A DNA stretch of 64,000 nt from Terriglobia bacterium (GTDB lineage Bacteria > Acidobacteriota > Terriglobia > 20CM-2-55-15), in contig CBDCLE010000024.1 of the NCBI GenBank assembly GCA_965218585.1, positions 288,001 through 352,000 of the forward strand, written 5' to 3'. How positions within the stretch are numbered: the first letter of the stretch is position 1; the number at the start of each line of letters is the position of its first letter. A program made the translations under genes and the position numbers. The notes beneath the pieces were generated by a model. The model made no database searches. It worked only from the letters and a program-made list of their open reading frames with translations, and was not told where the DNA came from. This document shows positions 10,643 through 21,241 of this stretch, in pieces.

Positions 10643-11614
10643 CTATCTGCTGGCCTGTCCCGCTTCTATTGTCAGGCTTTCATACACCGCACCGAGGAAC
10701 ATTTCGGTCGTCCAGTCGGGCAGCGAGTAGCGCGAATCGTAAGTCAGGCTGGGCCGGGAGGCTATGACTTCGTCCAACGTCTGCCCCCGGTCAATCATGG
10801 CCTGGACACGGTCCCGAACAATCGTCATCGCATCCCGGTAGCGTACGAGGTCGCCCTCATCCGTGATACGTCCATGACCGGGAATGATAAGTGTTCCGCC
10901 CTCGGAAAGAGTGTCGGAAATAGCCAGATCAACGAGGAAGTTCAGACTATCCAGGACTCCGTTGATGCTACCCCCGTACTCCAAGTTTATTCGGGGGTAG
11001 CCGTCCAATCGGAAAACGTCTCCAGCGCTGATCACGTCGGCGCGCCGGAAGTGCACGACGAGGCTCGTGTCATCGATCGAACTCGGCTGATGGATCATCT
11101 CGACAGGTTCACCATTGAAATACAGATCGTATTTCGGTGTAAAGAACGTATCGGTCGGCAGCATTTCGAACTGTATGCCCGGAACCGCGGCCATTCGATG
11201 GAGAGCGGTCTCATGGGCCACAATGGAAGCGCCGACGTCGATACCGCCGATGTTGGTCGCATTGCCACCCGTAAATGTGTCGCCGGCGATCCGAACCGTG
11301 GCGTTGCCGCCGACGTGCTCGGGAAGATTGGTCGTATTGACGATAAATCGAATCGTCGCGTTGCTGTCGATTTCCTGAATCGCGGTCAGTAACGCATCAC
11401 TCATAGTGGCCGAACCGGAATCGACGAGCATGATGCCGCTCGAGCCCACCGACACGGTCACGTTTCCCCCCGCGCCGGTGATCATGTAGATATTGTCAGA
11501 GACGTGTGTGGTACGAGTCTGAGCGTATGCCCCGGGCCCAAGAGCCAGCACACCTGCGACCATCAGTGCGGCAAGGCCCTTCACAGGCTTAAGTCCCGTT
11601 CTCTCACCCATCAA
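10643..11614 (-). CDS. Secreted metallo-beta-lactamase-fold (cyclase-like) protein with a degenerate metal motif
   Basis: GAGGNV, LVDSG, AGDVF and IPGHG are present, but HxHxDH reads TNLPEH. Overlaps the upstream gene by 4 bp. Confidence 0.82.
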   Translation of the reverse strand: MMGERTGLKPVKGLAALMVAGVLALGPGAYAQTRTTHVSDNIYMITGAGGNVTVSVGSSGIMLVDSGSATMSDALLTAIQEIDSNATIRFIVNTTNLPEHVGGNATVRIAGDTFTGGNATNIGGIDVGASIVAHETALHRMAAVPGIQFEMLPTDTFFTPKYDLYFNGEPVEMIHQPSSIDDTSLVVHFRRADVISAGDVFRLDGYPRINLEYGGSINGVLDSLNFLVDLAISDTLSEGGTLIIPGHGRITDEGDLVRYRDAMTIVRDRVQAMIDRGQTLDEVIASRPSLTYDSRYSLPDWTTEMFLGAVYESLTIEAGQASR

Positions 11615-12510
11615 TCATTCCCTTCGGCAGCAAACAATTCTCTAAGACGATCCCGATATTCGGGTAACAGCGTCTCGGCGCCGCCCATCGCTGCTTCAGA
11701 CGGGATACCGTACAGCTCTTGATACTGTTCCATGAAAGGGTTTTCGTTGGGGAGATGGTGGGGGATGTCTCCCAGCGCGCGATCGATCTCGACGAGACCG
11801 CGGCACGGATACGGATGGATCGTCTGGCCCATGCTCAACTCGAAATGGCGCGAATGAATATAAGGTTCTTCCAGAGTGTGCGGGTCTTCCAGAATACTGA
11901 TCAGCGTCAGGAAGTTGTCGTGACGTGTGAGAAACTCGATCAGAACGGCTTCGTCGCTGTGCTCGATTCCGTTACGGCGAATCCGTGACTCCTTCATGTG
12001 AGTCGTCGTGATCTCCAGCGTGTTGCCCACCCAGCGTCCGGTAGAGAAACCCTGCCATGTGTGGAGCGCGTCTTCGGAAGGCCGCGGCCGGCCATCCATC
12101 CAGACGGTCCGGAACCTGTTGAAGGATTCATGAAGGAGGTGCCAGGCAATGACGTCCTGGCTTTGCGGTTCCACTTCCTTCGTGATCCGCAGGTTGGAAT
12201 GCATCGCAGCGTAGTTGGCCGGATGCGGACCACACTGGTGCTCGGGAACAGTCAGCAGAGACGCGCTCCAGCTCTCTCCACGCTGTTGCCCGGCCTCGTT
12301 GATGGGAAGACCCGCGAAGTCCCCGATCATAGGTCCTCCCGCCCGCTCGGGCTGGTCTTCGTGCATCCGGTTGCCCCACTCGCCGGCCAGGTCGATCTGG
12401 GCGAAGACAGGTGTGGGCAATATCAATCCGATGAGAACCAGCAACGTTGCTGAAGGCAGCATCTGCCACATGACCCACTGAGTGTTTATCAAACTACTGA
12501 ATCGTTTCAT
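11611..12510 (-). CDS. Secreted uncharacterised protein, DxxGxW large-partner family (copy 2)
   Basis: GGAG RBS before ATG 12510. Motifs IDLAGEW, HQCGPHP, RTVWMDGRP, TWQGFSTGRW, LEDPHTLEEPY, YPC. Confidence 0.8.
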   Translation of the reverse strand: MKRFSSLINTQWVMWQMLPSATLLVLIGLILPTPVFAQIDLAGEWGNRMHEDQPERAGGPMIGDFAGLPINEAGQQRGESWSASLLTVPEHQCGPHPANYAAMHSNLRITKEVEPQSQDVIAWHLLHESFNRFRTVWMDGRPRPSEDALHTWQGFSTGRWVGNTLEITTTHMKESRIRRNGIEHSDEAVLIEFLTRHDNFLTLISILEDPHTLEEPYIHSRHFELSMGQTIHPYPCRGLVEIDRALGDIPHHLPNENPFMEQYQELYGIPSEAAMGGAETLLPEYRDRLRELFAAEGND

Positions 12511-12790
12511 GTTTCTCCGGCCTCCGTACTGAACACGTTTGGTCTCTGGGCTCGCTCGTATCACGCAATGTTCACGGGAAATCGAGTCACTGTCAAGACT
12601 CATTTGGGAGTGTGCGGACCGTGTCGGTCCTCAGAGGTTGTGATCCGGAAGGGGCGGAGTATCCGGACACTTACAGTGTCCATGTTCAAAGTGTCACAAA
12701 CCTCTCACTTTTCTTCGCAGTTGACATATATTGACCTCGCACTTTACCAAACTTAATCAACGAGCTAAGCCGGTTGAAGGAGGAAGAGCA

Positions 12791-15319
12791 ATGAAAGAAG
12801 CCGTTACCTGTTTATCTGTGTGGCGTGTCGCCCTCGTTTGGGTGTTGGCGTTGACCATAGGTGTGCCCGATCTCGTGGCCCAGGACGAGCCGTCCACTGC
12901 TGGAGAACCCCCTGTCATTGAAGACAAAACCGCAGGGATGAGGCCAATGGACGGTTTCTTTCCGCTGTACTGGGACGACTCGGAAGGCAAGCTCTGGATG
13001 GAAATTCCTCAGTTCAATACTGAAGTCCTCTACTTCAGAGGGTTGTCTGCAGGTCTGGGATCGAACGATATTGGACTGGACCGCGGGCAGCCTGGCGCGT
13101 CGCAAATCGTCTCCTTCGAACGTGTGGGACCGAAGATCCTGATGGTTCAGCCCAACTACCAGTATCGAGCCACTGGAGAGAATCCCGATGAACAGCGCGC
13201 CGTTCGGGAGGCCTTCGCAACGTCCGTGCTGTTTGGATTCACCGTAGCCGCCGAAACCGACGGCCGTGCCCTGGTGGACATGACTGATTTTCTTATTCGG
13301 GACTCCCATAATGTTATCGGGCGACTCCGGGACCAGCAGGATGCCACCTACAGGATCGACGCGACTCGTAGCGCCGTTTACCTGCCGGACACGCGGGTAT
13401 TTCCAGAGAACACGGAGATGGACGTCACGCTCACCTACACGAGCGATCAGCCTTCACGACTGGTCGGGACCGTTGCGCCGACGGCGGGCGCGGTGACTCT
13501 GCGTCAGCATCATTCGTTCGTCGAACTGCCCGATGGAAACTACCAGCCACGCGAATTCGATCCACGGTCCGGCGTGGGCGCTGTCTCGTATATGGACTAC
13601 TCCGCGCCGTTGGGGGCACCGATCACGACTCGGTTCGCCCGAAGGCATCGTCTCGAGAAGCAGAATCCAGCGGATGAGGTCAGCGAAGCCGTCGAGCCCA
13701 TCGTCTACTATCTGGATCGCGGCGTTCCCGAGCCGGTCCGGTCTGCGTTGTTGGACGGAGCACGCTGGTGGAACCAGGCCTTCGAGGGGGGCGGGTATCG
13801 TGATGCGTTTCGTGTCGAGATGCTGCCCGAGGGCGCCGACAAGATGGACGTCCGCTACAACGTCATCAACTGGGTCCACCGCTCTACACGCGGCTGGAGT
13901 TCTGGCGCCAGTGTTACGGATCCCCGAACAGGTGAAATCATCCGGGGACAGGTCACGCTGGGTTCTCTTCGGGTGCGCCAGGACTATCTGATTGCAGAGG
14001 GTCTGCTGGCACCTTACCAGAACGGAGACGAGACGCCTGCGGTGCTCGGTGAAATGGCTCTGGCTCGAATCCGTCAGCTATCAGCCCACGAAGTTGGACA
14101 CACGCTTGGATTCGGGCACAACTATTATGCGAGCCCTCTGGGGCGTGTTTCGGTTCTCGATTATCCGCATCCGCTCAGTACTCTCGCCGAAGATGGAACT
14201 ATCGACGTGACCGACGCCTATGACGTCGGGATCGGGGAATGGGACAAGATATCGGTGGCGTGGGCCTATCAGGATTTTCCTGAGGGAACCGATGAAGGTG
14301 CCGCACTCGAACGCGTTCTGAGCGATGCTCGCAGTCGCGGTCTGATCTACATGACAAACCAGGATCTGGCTGCCAGTCCCCTGGTACATCAATGGGCCAA
14401 TGGACGCGACGTGGCGGCAGAGCTCGAACGGATGATGGATGTGCGCCGCCGAGCGCTCGACGGGTTCGGCGAGACCTCGATTCCAGAGGGCATGCCTCTT
14501 GCCACGATAGAAGAGGTGCTCGTTCCTCTGTACCTTCACCATCGTTATCAGATCATCGCAACCGCTGCGGGTCTGGGCGGCATCAACTACAGTTACGCGA
14601 TGCGAGGAGATGGTCAGGTCCCATTCGAGCGGGTTTCCGGGCAAGAGCAACGGCGTATTCTGGGGTCATTGCTCAAGACACTCGAACCCCAGGAACTGGC
14701 CTTGCCCGACACGGTGATCGAAAGCCTTCCACCCCGACCTTCCGGGTACGGTCGACACAGGGAACTCTTTCCTCGTTACACAGGGATGATGTTTGATGCG
14801 ATTACTCCCGCAGTCACCCTTGCGCGGGGAGTGGTCGATAACCTCCTCGAATCGGAAAGAGCCGCCCGCCTGGTCCAGCAGCACGCGCTGGATGGGACCC
14901 TTCCAGGCCTGGATGAAGTGACGGCGGAGATGATCGACGCCGTGTTTGGCGCCCCTTCAGGCGGGGTCCCTGCTTCGAGTGCCTATGAGCAGGAGATTCG
15001 CAGGGCCGTGGAAAGAGTCGTGGCCGAGGGTCTGATGGAACTTGCGGCGAATGCAGAAATGCCCCAGGTTCGTGCGATCGCCACCTACAGGCTGGATCAG
15101 TTGCAGCGAAGACTGGGTACGGATTCGGATCGGCCGACAACCCAGGATCAGGCACATCTTTCGTTACTCGCATCCGACATCGGCCGATTCCTCGAGCGTC
15201 CCGCTACAACCTTCAGCCAGCCTTCGGCCCCGGTCCCGCCTCCAGGCGAACCGATCGGAGATCCTGCCCTGGATTGGCTCGGGGATGCCTGGATGTGGTG
15301 TGAGGAGGGGTTGTACTAG
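12791..15319 (+). CDS. Secreted zinc-dependent metalloprotease (EcxA-like, DUF5117/DUF4953 type)
   Basis: [13 protein letters not shown] zinc motif, DPRTGEII, SVLDYP and a signal peptide. Confidence 0.88.
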   Translation: MKEAVTCLSVWRVALVWVLALTIGVPDLVAQDEPSTAGEPPVIEDKTAGMRPMDGFFPLYWDDSEGKLWMEIPQFNTEVLYFRGLSAGLGSNDIGLDRGQPGASQIVSFERVGPKILMVQPNYQYRATGENPDEQRAVREAFATSVLFGFTVAAETDGRALVDMTDFLIRDSHNVIGRLRDQQDATYRIDATRSAVYLPDTRVFPENTEMDVTLTYTSDQPSRLVGTVAPTAGAVTLRQHHSFVELPDGNYQPREFDPRSGVGAVSYMDYSAPLGAPITTRFARRHRLEKQNPADEVSEAVEPIVYYLDRGVPEPVRSALLDGARWWNQAFEGGGYRDAFRVEMLPEGADKMDVRYNVINWVHRSTRGWSSGASVTDPRTGEIIRGQVTLGSLRVRQDYLIAEGLLAPYQNGDETPAVLGEMALARIRQLSAHEVGHTLGFGHNYYASPLGRVSVLDYPHPLSTLAEDGTIDVTDAYDVGIGEWDKISVAWAYQDFPEGTDEGAALERVLSDARSRGLIYMTNQDLAASPLVHQWANGRDVAAELERMMDVRRRALDGFGETSIPEGMPLATIEEVLVPLYLHHRYQIIATAAGLGGINYSYAMRGDGQVPFERVSGQEQRRILGSLLKTLEPQELALPDTVIESLPPRPSGYGRHRELFPRYTGMMFDAITPAVTLARGVVDNLLESERAARLVQQHALDGTLPGLDEVTAEMIDAVFGAPSGGVPASSAYEQEIRRAVERVVAEGLMELAANAEMPQVRAIATYRLDQLQRRLGTDSDRPTTQDQAHLSLLASDIGRFLERPATTFSQPSAPVPPPGEPIGDPALDWLGDAWMWCEEGLY

Positions 15320-15331
15320 GTTTTCTGCATT

Positions 15332-15362
15332 CTGTAGGCGCGGTCATAGACCGCACCTACAG
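15332..15362. repeat. GTAG-type REP palindrome
   Basis: CTGTAGGCGCGGTCATAGACCGCACCTACAG between convergent genes; related copies at 37168, 38122 and 50432. Confidence 0.8.
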
Positions 15363-15374
15363 GAAGAACCGGAC

Positions 15375-17576
15375 CTAGAAGTTGAAGAGGTTTGTGAACT
15401 TGAGGATTACGGCGCGCTGAAGTAGCTGTCCGTTGTTGGTGTCGCGAAGGTCGTTGTAGACGAGGAAGAAGTCGCTCAACGGGTTGTGGATGATGTTGAA
15501 GCGGATGTTGGAGCTGACCTGTTGCGTATCGGCGTTGTACTGGAAGAAGGCGTTGAGGAACGTGTTGGGGTTGAATGAATACAGAAAACGGGCGCCGACC
15601 AGGTCTGTGGTGAACTCTCCATTTGCGAGGTTGACCTGGTTGCGGGAATAATCCACGTCCATCTTGAAGTGGTAATCCGGTCTCCAGCCGAAGCCTGTCG
15701 AAAACGAACGGCGGCGGCCGTTCCAGAACTCTCCCCATTCGACGCTCCCGTTACCGCTGAGCTTTCTTCCCGGGTTGGTTGTAAACCGGGCGGTGTAACC
15801 CAGGTACCTGTAATCGCCTTCCGGGATCATAATGTCGCGGCGGATTCCGAAGGGTTCTGTCAACCTGTCGAAGGTATGGAGCAGTCCGAAGTTAATCGAA
15901 CTGATGTTCTCAAATCCAACTCCGAGATCAACGCGTGACTCCCGCGTCTCGATCTGCTCTGTCGTACCGTTTTCGTAGTACTCCAGGGTTGTCGAGAACG
16001 CCAGGTTTCGAACCAGGGAACTCGTTTCAATGAGCGGGTTCCACGCGAATGCGCCCGTGTAGTGCGTGTTGTTCCTGCGGCGGACGAAACCTACCTCGGG
16101 ATTGAAATTCGTCTGTATCTCGTTGTAGCCGGCCGCGATGATCAGTTCGTCGTCGCGCCAGGCAGTCTGGACCTGACGGGCCTGATCCTTTCCTGAAACC
16201 CCCGGCGTATCGCTTCGGAGGATGTGGGAGTCAAACTCGAGCCGGTCAAAAAAACTGGAGACGAACGTCCGCACCGTAGACCCGGTTGTAATCACCTTCG
16301 ACGGTGGAGTCCCGATTCGTAAAGATCCCGCCGAACCAGGAGTTGGTCATGATGTTCCGTTTGACGCGTCCGACAACATAATTATTGGACGGGGTCGAAG
16401 CCTGGCTTTCCGTCTTCATGGCCAGGAAACCGAGATCGTAACGGCCCACCTGTCCCGTGACCCGACCTCCACCCACAATCGGAATCGGTGTCCCCGAACG
16501 GCTCAGACCAATGCGGCGGCTGAAAAATGGAACCAGGTTGCTGCCCGCTCCAAAACTGAACGTCGATGCGTTTTCCAGGAAGAAGTCGCGTTGTTCGGGA
16601 AAGAAGAGGTTGAAGCGGGTGAGGTTGACCTGTTGCTGGTCCACTTCCACCTGTGCGAAATCAGTCCGGTACGTGGCATCGAGAGTCAGCGAAGACGTCA
16701 GCCCGTATTTGATGTCGACGCCGCCGTCGAAATCCGGATCGTTGTCGAAGTCTCCAAACGGAGCATTCGGCGGGCGTATCTGAGTGATTCCTGCAGTCAC
16801 GAAAGGCGTCACCTTGAGATTACGGCCCTGCCGGATCTCCTCCAGTCCCAGGAGTGTTCCGTACTGGGAAACTCTGCTCATGCTGTATCGAATCGGTATG
16901 GGAGCCCAGTCGGCTTCCTCGTTGGTACGAATCGTTCTTCGGCTCAGGTTGAGCCCCCAGGTTTGGGATGAGTCGGTTGAGAAACGAAGCGTCTTGAAGG
17001 GAATCACAAACTCAGCGATCCACCCCTCATCGTTACGCGTCGTTCGGACGTCCCAGACCCCGTCCCAGTCGCCATTGAATCCGCCCCGGCCTGCGAGGGG
17101 GCTGACCTGCGCGTCGGCCTTCGCGCCCGCGGCGTTCGTCCTGAAGGTAAATCCGGACTGTAGATCGTGGAGGCTGTCGAGGCCCACGACCACCATGTCC
17201 GAGCCCTGAAAACCAAAATCCTCTTCGAGGTCATTGATGGTGATCCGGTCGGGTTCGGAGTCGAAAAGGAGAATCCCGACGTAGAGATTCTCGTTGTCAA
17301 GAGAAAACGGGCCTCTGTCCGATCGATTGCCCGTATTCCAGCAATGGGTCGGCGCTGAACAAAATCTGTCGCCGGTTCTGCCAGATCCCAGGCCGCCTCG
17401 TCGAGGAGGCCATCCACGGAAATTTCTTCGGTGATTCGAAGCGCCGTGACGTTTTTGTCGAGGCGTGCGGTGTCGTAGTCGACTGGCTCGGGGGCCTGGG
17501 CGAAGGCGGACAATGCCAGGCTTACGGCCACAATTGGCGAAAGGGCCGTCCGTTTCAAGACACGGGCGGTTTTCAT
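15375..17576 (-). pseudogene. CBM9-like/DUF5916 outer-membrane protein split by two frameshifts (about 17300 and the A7 run at 16248-16254)
   Basis: Three ORF pieces join into one protein: signal peptide + VDGLLDEAAW; WDGVW, EFVIPFKTLRF, TDFAQVEVD, FPEQRDFFLE, FFSRRIG; then a beta-barrel ending KFTNLFNF. Confidence 0.8.
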
Positions 17577-17616
17577 CCTGATCGAAGTCACACCGCTGAA
17601 GGTCATGCCAGGGGTG

Positions 17617-17814
17617 CTAAAAGCCGTACATGTGTTCATCAGGGTCGACTACGTTTTCCTGCCAGTCCAACATGTTGGCCGCTGCCGCGATGTTTTCTGC
17701 CTGACCTTCCGCGACCATGGTCTTGAGAAGGTCGATCTGTTTTTCCGTCAGTCGACTCTGGTCCAGGGCTTCTCGCCAGCTCGCAAAATCTCGCTGTTCC
17801 CAGGGAAGGGCCAT
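17617..17814 (-). CDS. Small hypothetical protein
   Basis: 65-aa ORF, co-oriented with its neighbours and 6 bp downstream of the previous gene. Confidence 0.55.
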   Translation of the reverse strand: MALPWEQRDFASWREALDQSRLTEKQIDLLKTMVAEGQAENIAAAANMLDWQENVVDPDEHMYGF

Positions 17815-17820
17815 TCTTGT

Positions 17821-18099
17821 CTATTCCTCAGATTCGTTCCCAACAGAAGGGTGAAGCTCAAAACTGCTACCGTCCCTAAAGAATAACTCAAGATGTCTCG
17901 CGTTTAGCCTGAACTGCGTCATTGACAGGCAGATTTTTTCCGCAGTAGTGTCTTCCTCTGATGCTTTGGCCCACCGATTCTGCCGGCTTGTATGCTCAAA
18001 CGTAAGTCTGCTGCCGTCTCTGAAGAACACGACGGCGCGATTGAAGGCGGCGTTCGTCACTGAGTGGGTTGCCTGTTCGCGAATGGTTTCATCGATCAT
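17821..18099 (-). CDS. Hypothetical protein
   Basis: Probable ATG at 18099 (MIDETIREQ); contains a repeated FFRDGS motif. Confidence 0.55.
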   Translation of the reverse strand: MIDETIREQATHSVTNAAFNRAVVFFRDGSRLTFEHTSRQNRWAKASEEDTTAEKICLSMTQFRLNARHLELFFRDGSSFELHPSVGNESEE

Positions 18100-18245
18100 T
18101 AGAGAAGTGTCATAGTTGGTAATGATGTTGCTGGGCAGTGTGGCAACGAATCGATTGATCACGACGCCCACGTTCCGTAAGATGCAGCTTGATTCTGGAG
18201 CCGTCCCGGCCTGGAATCGATCAAAGTTCATTCGGGAGATGAGCC

Positions 18246-19082
18246 ATGATCATACAGTCTGTGCCATCAGGGCAGGATGATTCCAGACGTTTCGTTATCA
18301 CGCTGGAAGAACATCTTGACCTCGTAGGGCAGCTGGCCGAAAAGTTCGGTAACGGTCGGTTCGAATCGCCAGTGCCCCGAGATGAATTCCTTTATGCGTG
18401 TCGGTGGCACGACCGGGGGTGGCGCGACCTGGATCTCAATCCTCCGCTGGACCCCCGGACCGGATTGCCCTACAACCTGGTGGAGACGCCGATTCCGATC
18501 ATCGTACTGACCGGCGCCCGCTCACCTGAACACAACGAAGCTCACCATCCCTACAGTGGATTGATCGCCAGCATGCACATCTGGGGCCTGTACAACGGCC
18601 GGTATGGAATGTCGGAGATGGTGTTGATCGATTCGGTTCCCGACCAGCACCGAGTGGCAGCCGATGCCATGTTGAAGTCTGAACACCAGAGGCAGGTCAG
18701 GCTCAGGGCGAGTCTCGGGGAGGATCCCCGGACCGCGCCATGGGTTGAGGAAGCGCCTCTCTTTGCAAACTATAAGAGGCTCCAGTTTTTCGACACGCTG
18801 GCGCTCTATTTCAACTGCACTCCGGAAGAAGGAAGGGGAAAGGCGACGTTTACGAACGTGCCCATAGGCGTACACGCCGACGTCGATGTTGTTATACGCC
18901 CGGAGAAAGAAAAAACGTACAGCCTGGATCCTTATCCGTTTAAAGAAGACGCGATGGAAATATGTTTCGAGGGTCGATTTCTCTCTCCGCAGAGGGAAGC
19001 AGCGGATCCCGACATGGCGGCACTGATGAGGGACACACCTGTAGAACAGCAGACCTGTACCCTGGTCTCCCGACCAGGGTGA
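18246..19082 (+). CDS. DUF3891-like protein
   Basis: MIIQ start, HxxLxGQLAxxFGN, HDRGW, TGLPY, HPYSGLIASMH, FDTLALYF, LDPYPF. Confidence 0.75.
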   Translation: MIIQSVPSGQDDSRRFVITLEEHLDLVGQLAEKFGNGRFESPVPRDEFLYACRWHDRGWRDLDLNPPLDPRTGLPYNLVETPIPIIVLTGARSPEHNEAHHPYSGLIASMHIWGLYNGRYGMSEMVLIDSVPDQHRVAADAMLKSEHQRQVRLRASLGEDPRTAPWVEEAPLFANYKRLQFFDTLALYFNCTPEEGRGKATFTNVPIGVHADVDVVIRPEKEKTYSLDPYPFKEDAMEICFEGRFLSPQREAADPDMAALMRDTPVEQQTCTLVSRPG

Positions 19083-19117
19083 GGCGGCAGGCTCAATCAA
19101 CCCGCCCCTCTCAGGCG

Positions 19118-19536
19118 CTACTGTCTGGTCAGTGTCATCGGCTGCGGACCCCCACCACGACCGCCACCGCCACGACCCCCACGGCCACCACCGCCACGAC
19201 CCCCGCGGCCGCCACCGAACGCCGGGGTTAGCGTCAACTCATTGTCTTCGATTGTGCCCGTGTAACTGATGTTGAATTCGCCCTGTGGCGTCTCGAGCGA
19301 TCTTGAAAACGTGAGCGTGCCGCCGTCGATCTCAGCATCGGCAATCGTCCGGACTGCTGCCCTTGCATAAACGTTCCGCTGACGTCATCGCCACTCACTT
19401 CTAATTCCAGCGTGACTTCCTGCGTCCCGCCTCGGCCCTGGGCCTCACCTGCCCATGTGCCCGCAAAATCCTGGGCGTAGGCAGACGCCGATACGAGAAA
19501 GAAGACCGCGATCACCAATAAGAATCTCGACCTCAT
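19118..19536 (-). CDS. Small secreted beta-protein with a Gly/Arg-rich (GGRGG)n C-terminal loop; frameshift near 19348
   Basis: Signal peptide and DFAGTW. After a 1-nt shift it reads IADAEIDGGTLTFSRSLETPQGEFNISYTGTIEDNELTLTPAFGGGRGGRGGGGRGGRGGGGRGGGPQPMTLTRQ*. Confidence 0.7.
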
Positions 19537-19840
19537 TTCCGACTCCTTTGCGTCCGAGTAAGTCCGGATCTGTCCGACTCGCTTCGCCATCACTTGCTCG
19601 ATCGGCTCAACCAGACGCCGCCTCGGTTGAAAATCCCAATTCGCTATTCAATACGTACCCGAGGTTTGTTCGGTTACAGCATACCTGAGAGATGGTGTCT
19701 CCTAGAGGTTTCGTACCGATAGGGCGGCAGAGCCCGCTACCAAACGGGCTTCAAATGTCGAAGAAATAATTGGGATACCTATGATGCGCCCGATTCTAAT
19801 CGGTGAGAGAATGGTTGTGGAACTGGACTGACTTGTACTG

Positions 19841-21196
19841 ATGCGAATTCTGATAGCTGGCGGCGGTGAAGTAGCCGCCCTGATCGCGAGCCGCCTCATC
19901 GGTGAAGGGAACGAGGTCATTCTCATCGAGGAAGACGCCGAGCGTTGTTCAGAACTCGAGGAAACCCTCGATGCGAAAGTCGTTCATGGAAACGCGGCCA
20001 GCGTCCTTGTCCTGAGACGGGCGGGCCTGGAAACGGCCGACATGTTGATAGCGGCCACCAATTCCGACGCCACAAACGTTCTGGCGTGCCTGGTTGCCAA
20101 GGTCGAGTCCAAGGTTCGGGTCAAGGTGGCCCGAATGCGTACCCACGAGGTGGAGCACTGGCGCAACATCGCCACCGAATCCGGCCTCGACATCGACCTC
20201 ATCATCCATCCCGAATCCGACGTTTCCGATCGGATCATGCGCGTCCTCAACTATCCAGGCGTTTCTGACATCACCGATTTCGCCGGTGGCGGTGCGCGTC
20301 TCTTCGGGATGAACGTGGAGGCGGGAAGCTGGGTGGCCGGCAAGACGCTGCTGGAACTCCAGCAGGCCGGTCCACCTGAAGATTCGCTCATAGCGATGAT
20401 CTTTCGCGGGCAACAGGTGACCATCCCTCATGGCGCAGAGCGTCTCAGAACGGGCGATCACATTTACGTTATGGCGACGCGTGAGAACCTCGACGAAGTG
20501 CTCGCGTTCATGGGGCTCGAGAGCGGGAAGTCGATCGCACGTATCTTCATTGTCGGAGGCAAGCAGCTGGGAATCCGGATAGCAGAGATTCTGGAGGACG
20601 AGAACGTCCACGTGAAGCTGTTCGAACGGGAACTGGACCGTTGCGAGAAGATCGCCACGATACTCGACAAAGCCATTGTAATCCATGGCGACGGCACGGA
20701 TCAGGCCACCTTGATGGAAGAGAACGTTGAGGGGGTGGATGCTTTTCTGGCTCTGACGAACCACGACGAAGACAACATTATCGCCTCGCTGTTGGCGCGG
20801 CGTTTCGGTGTCAAGAAGGTCGTCGCGTTGATCAACCGGTTGAGCTACCTGCCGATGGTTCAGCGTTTGGGTATCAACACCACGGTGAGTCCACGCCTGG
20901 CCGCGGTCGACAGCATTCTGCAATATGTTCGCAAGGGACGCGTCCTGAGCGTTACAACGTTCGGAGCGGAAGAGGCTGAGGCGATCGAGCTGATTGCTTC
21001 CGAGGGAACACGTTATGTGGGTCGCAAACTGAGCGACGTCCGGTTTCCCAGGGGCGCCATTGTTGGCGCGATAGCCCGGCCGGACGGTCAGGTAGTCGTG
21101 CCCCGTGGTGATTCTATGATTCAGGCAGGAGATCGTGTCATTTTCTTTGCATTGGAAAGCATTGTTTCTGAATTGGAAGCCGCTTTTCTGTCTTAA
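19841..21196 (+). CDS. trkA: Trk potassium uptake system NAD-binding subunit
   Basis: Two RCK_N/RCK_C pairs (IAGGGEVA, IVGGKQLG, GDGTD, ALTNHDEDNI); directly upstream of trkH. Confidence 0.93.
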   Translation: MRILIAGGGEVAALIASRLIGEGNEVILIEEDAERCSELEETLDAKVVHGNAASVLVLRRAGLETADMLIAATNSDATNVLACLVAKVESKVRVKVARMRTHEVEHWRNIATESGLDIDLIIHPESDVSDRIMRVLNYPGVSDITDFAGGGARLFGMNVEAGSWVAGKTLLELQQAGPPEDSLIAMIFRGQQVTIPHGAERLRTGDHIYVMATRENLDEVLAFMGLESGKSIARIFIVGGKQLGIRIAEILEDENVHVKLFERELDRCEKIATILDKAIVIHGDGTDQATLMEENVEGVDAFLALTNHDEDNIIASLLARRFGVKKVVALINRLSYLPMVQRLGINTTVSPRLAAVDSILQYVRKGRVLSVTTFGAEEAEAIELIASEGTRYVGRKLSDVRFPRGAIVGAIARPDGQVVVPRGDSMIQAGDRVIFFALESIVSELEAAFLS

Positions 21197-21241
21197 CCCG
21201 TCGTCGGTGGCGGGCCACAGACCACTTGTCAGAGGAATCCG

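Noticed and set aside
19148-19220. CCACGACC/CCACCG tandem repeats as a CRISPR or VNTR locus
   Set aside because: They encode the Gly/Arg-rich loop of the minus-strand gene, and there are no spacers.
19688-19790. Fluoride or c-di-AMP riboswitch upstream of trkA (GAGATGGTGTCTC and an AGCCCG/CGGGCT hairpin)
   Set aside because: The downstream GCTRATGAC pseudoknot segment of the fluoride motif is absent and no ydaO consensus is visible.
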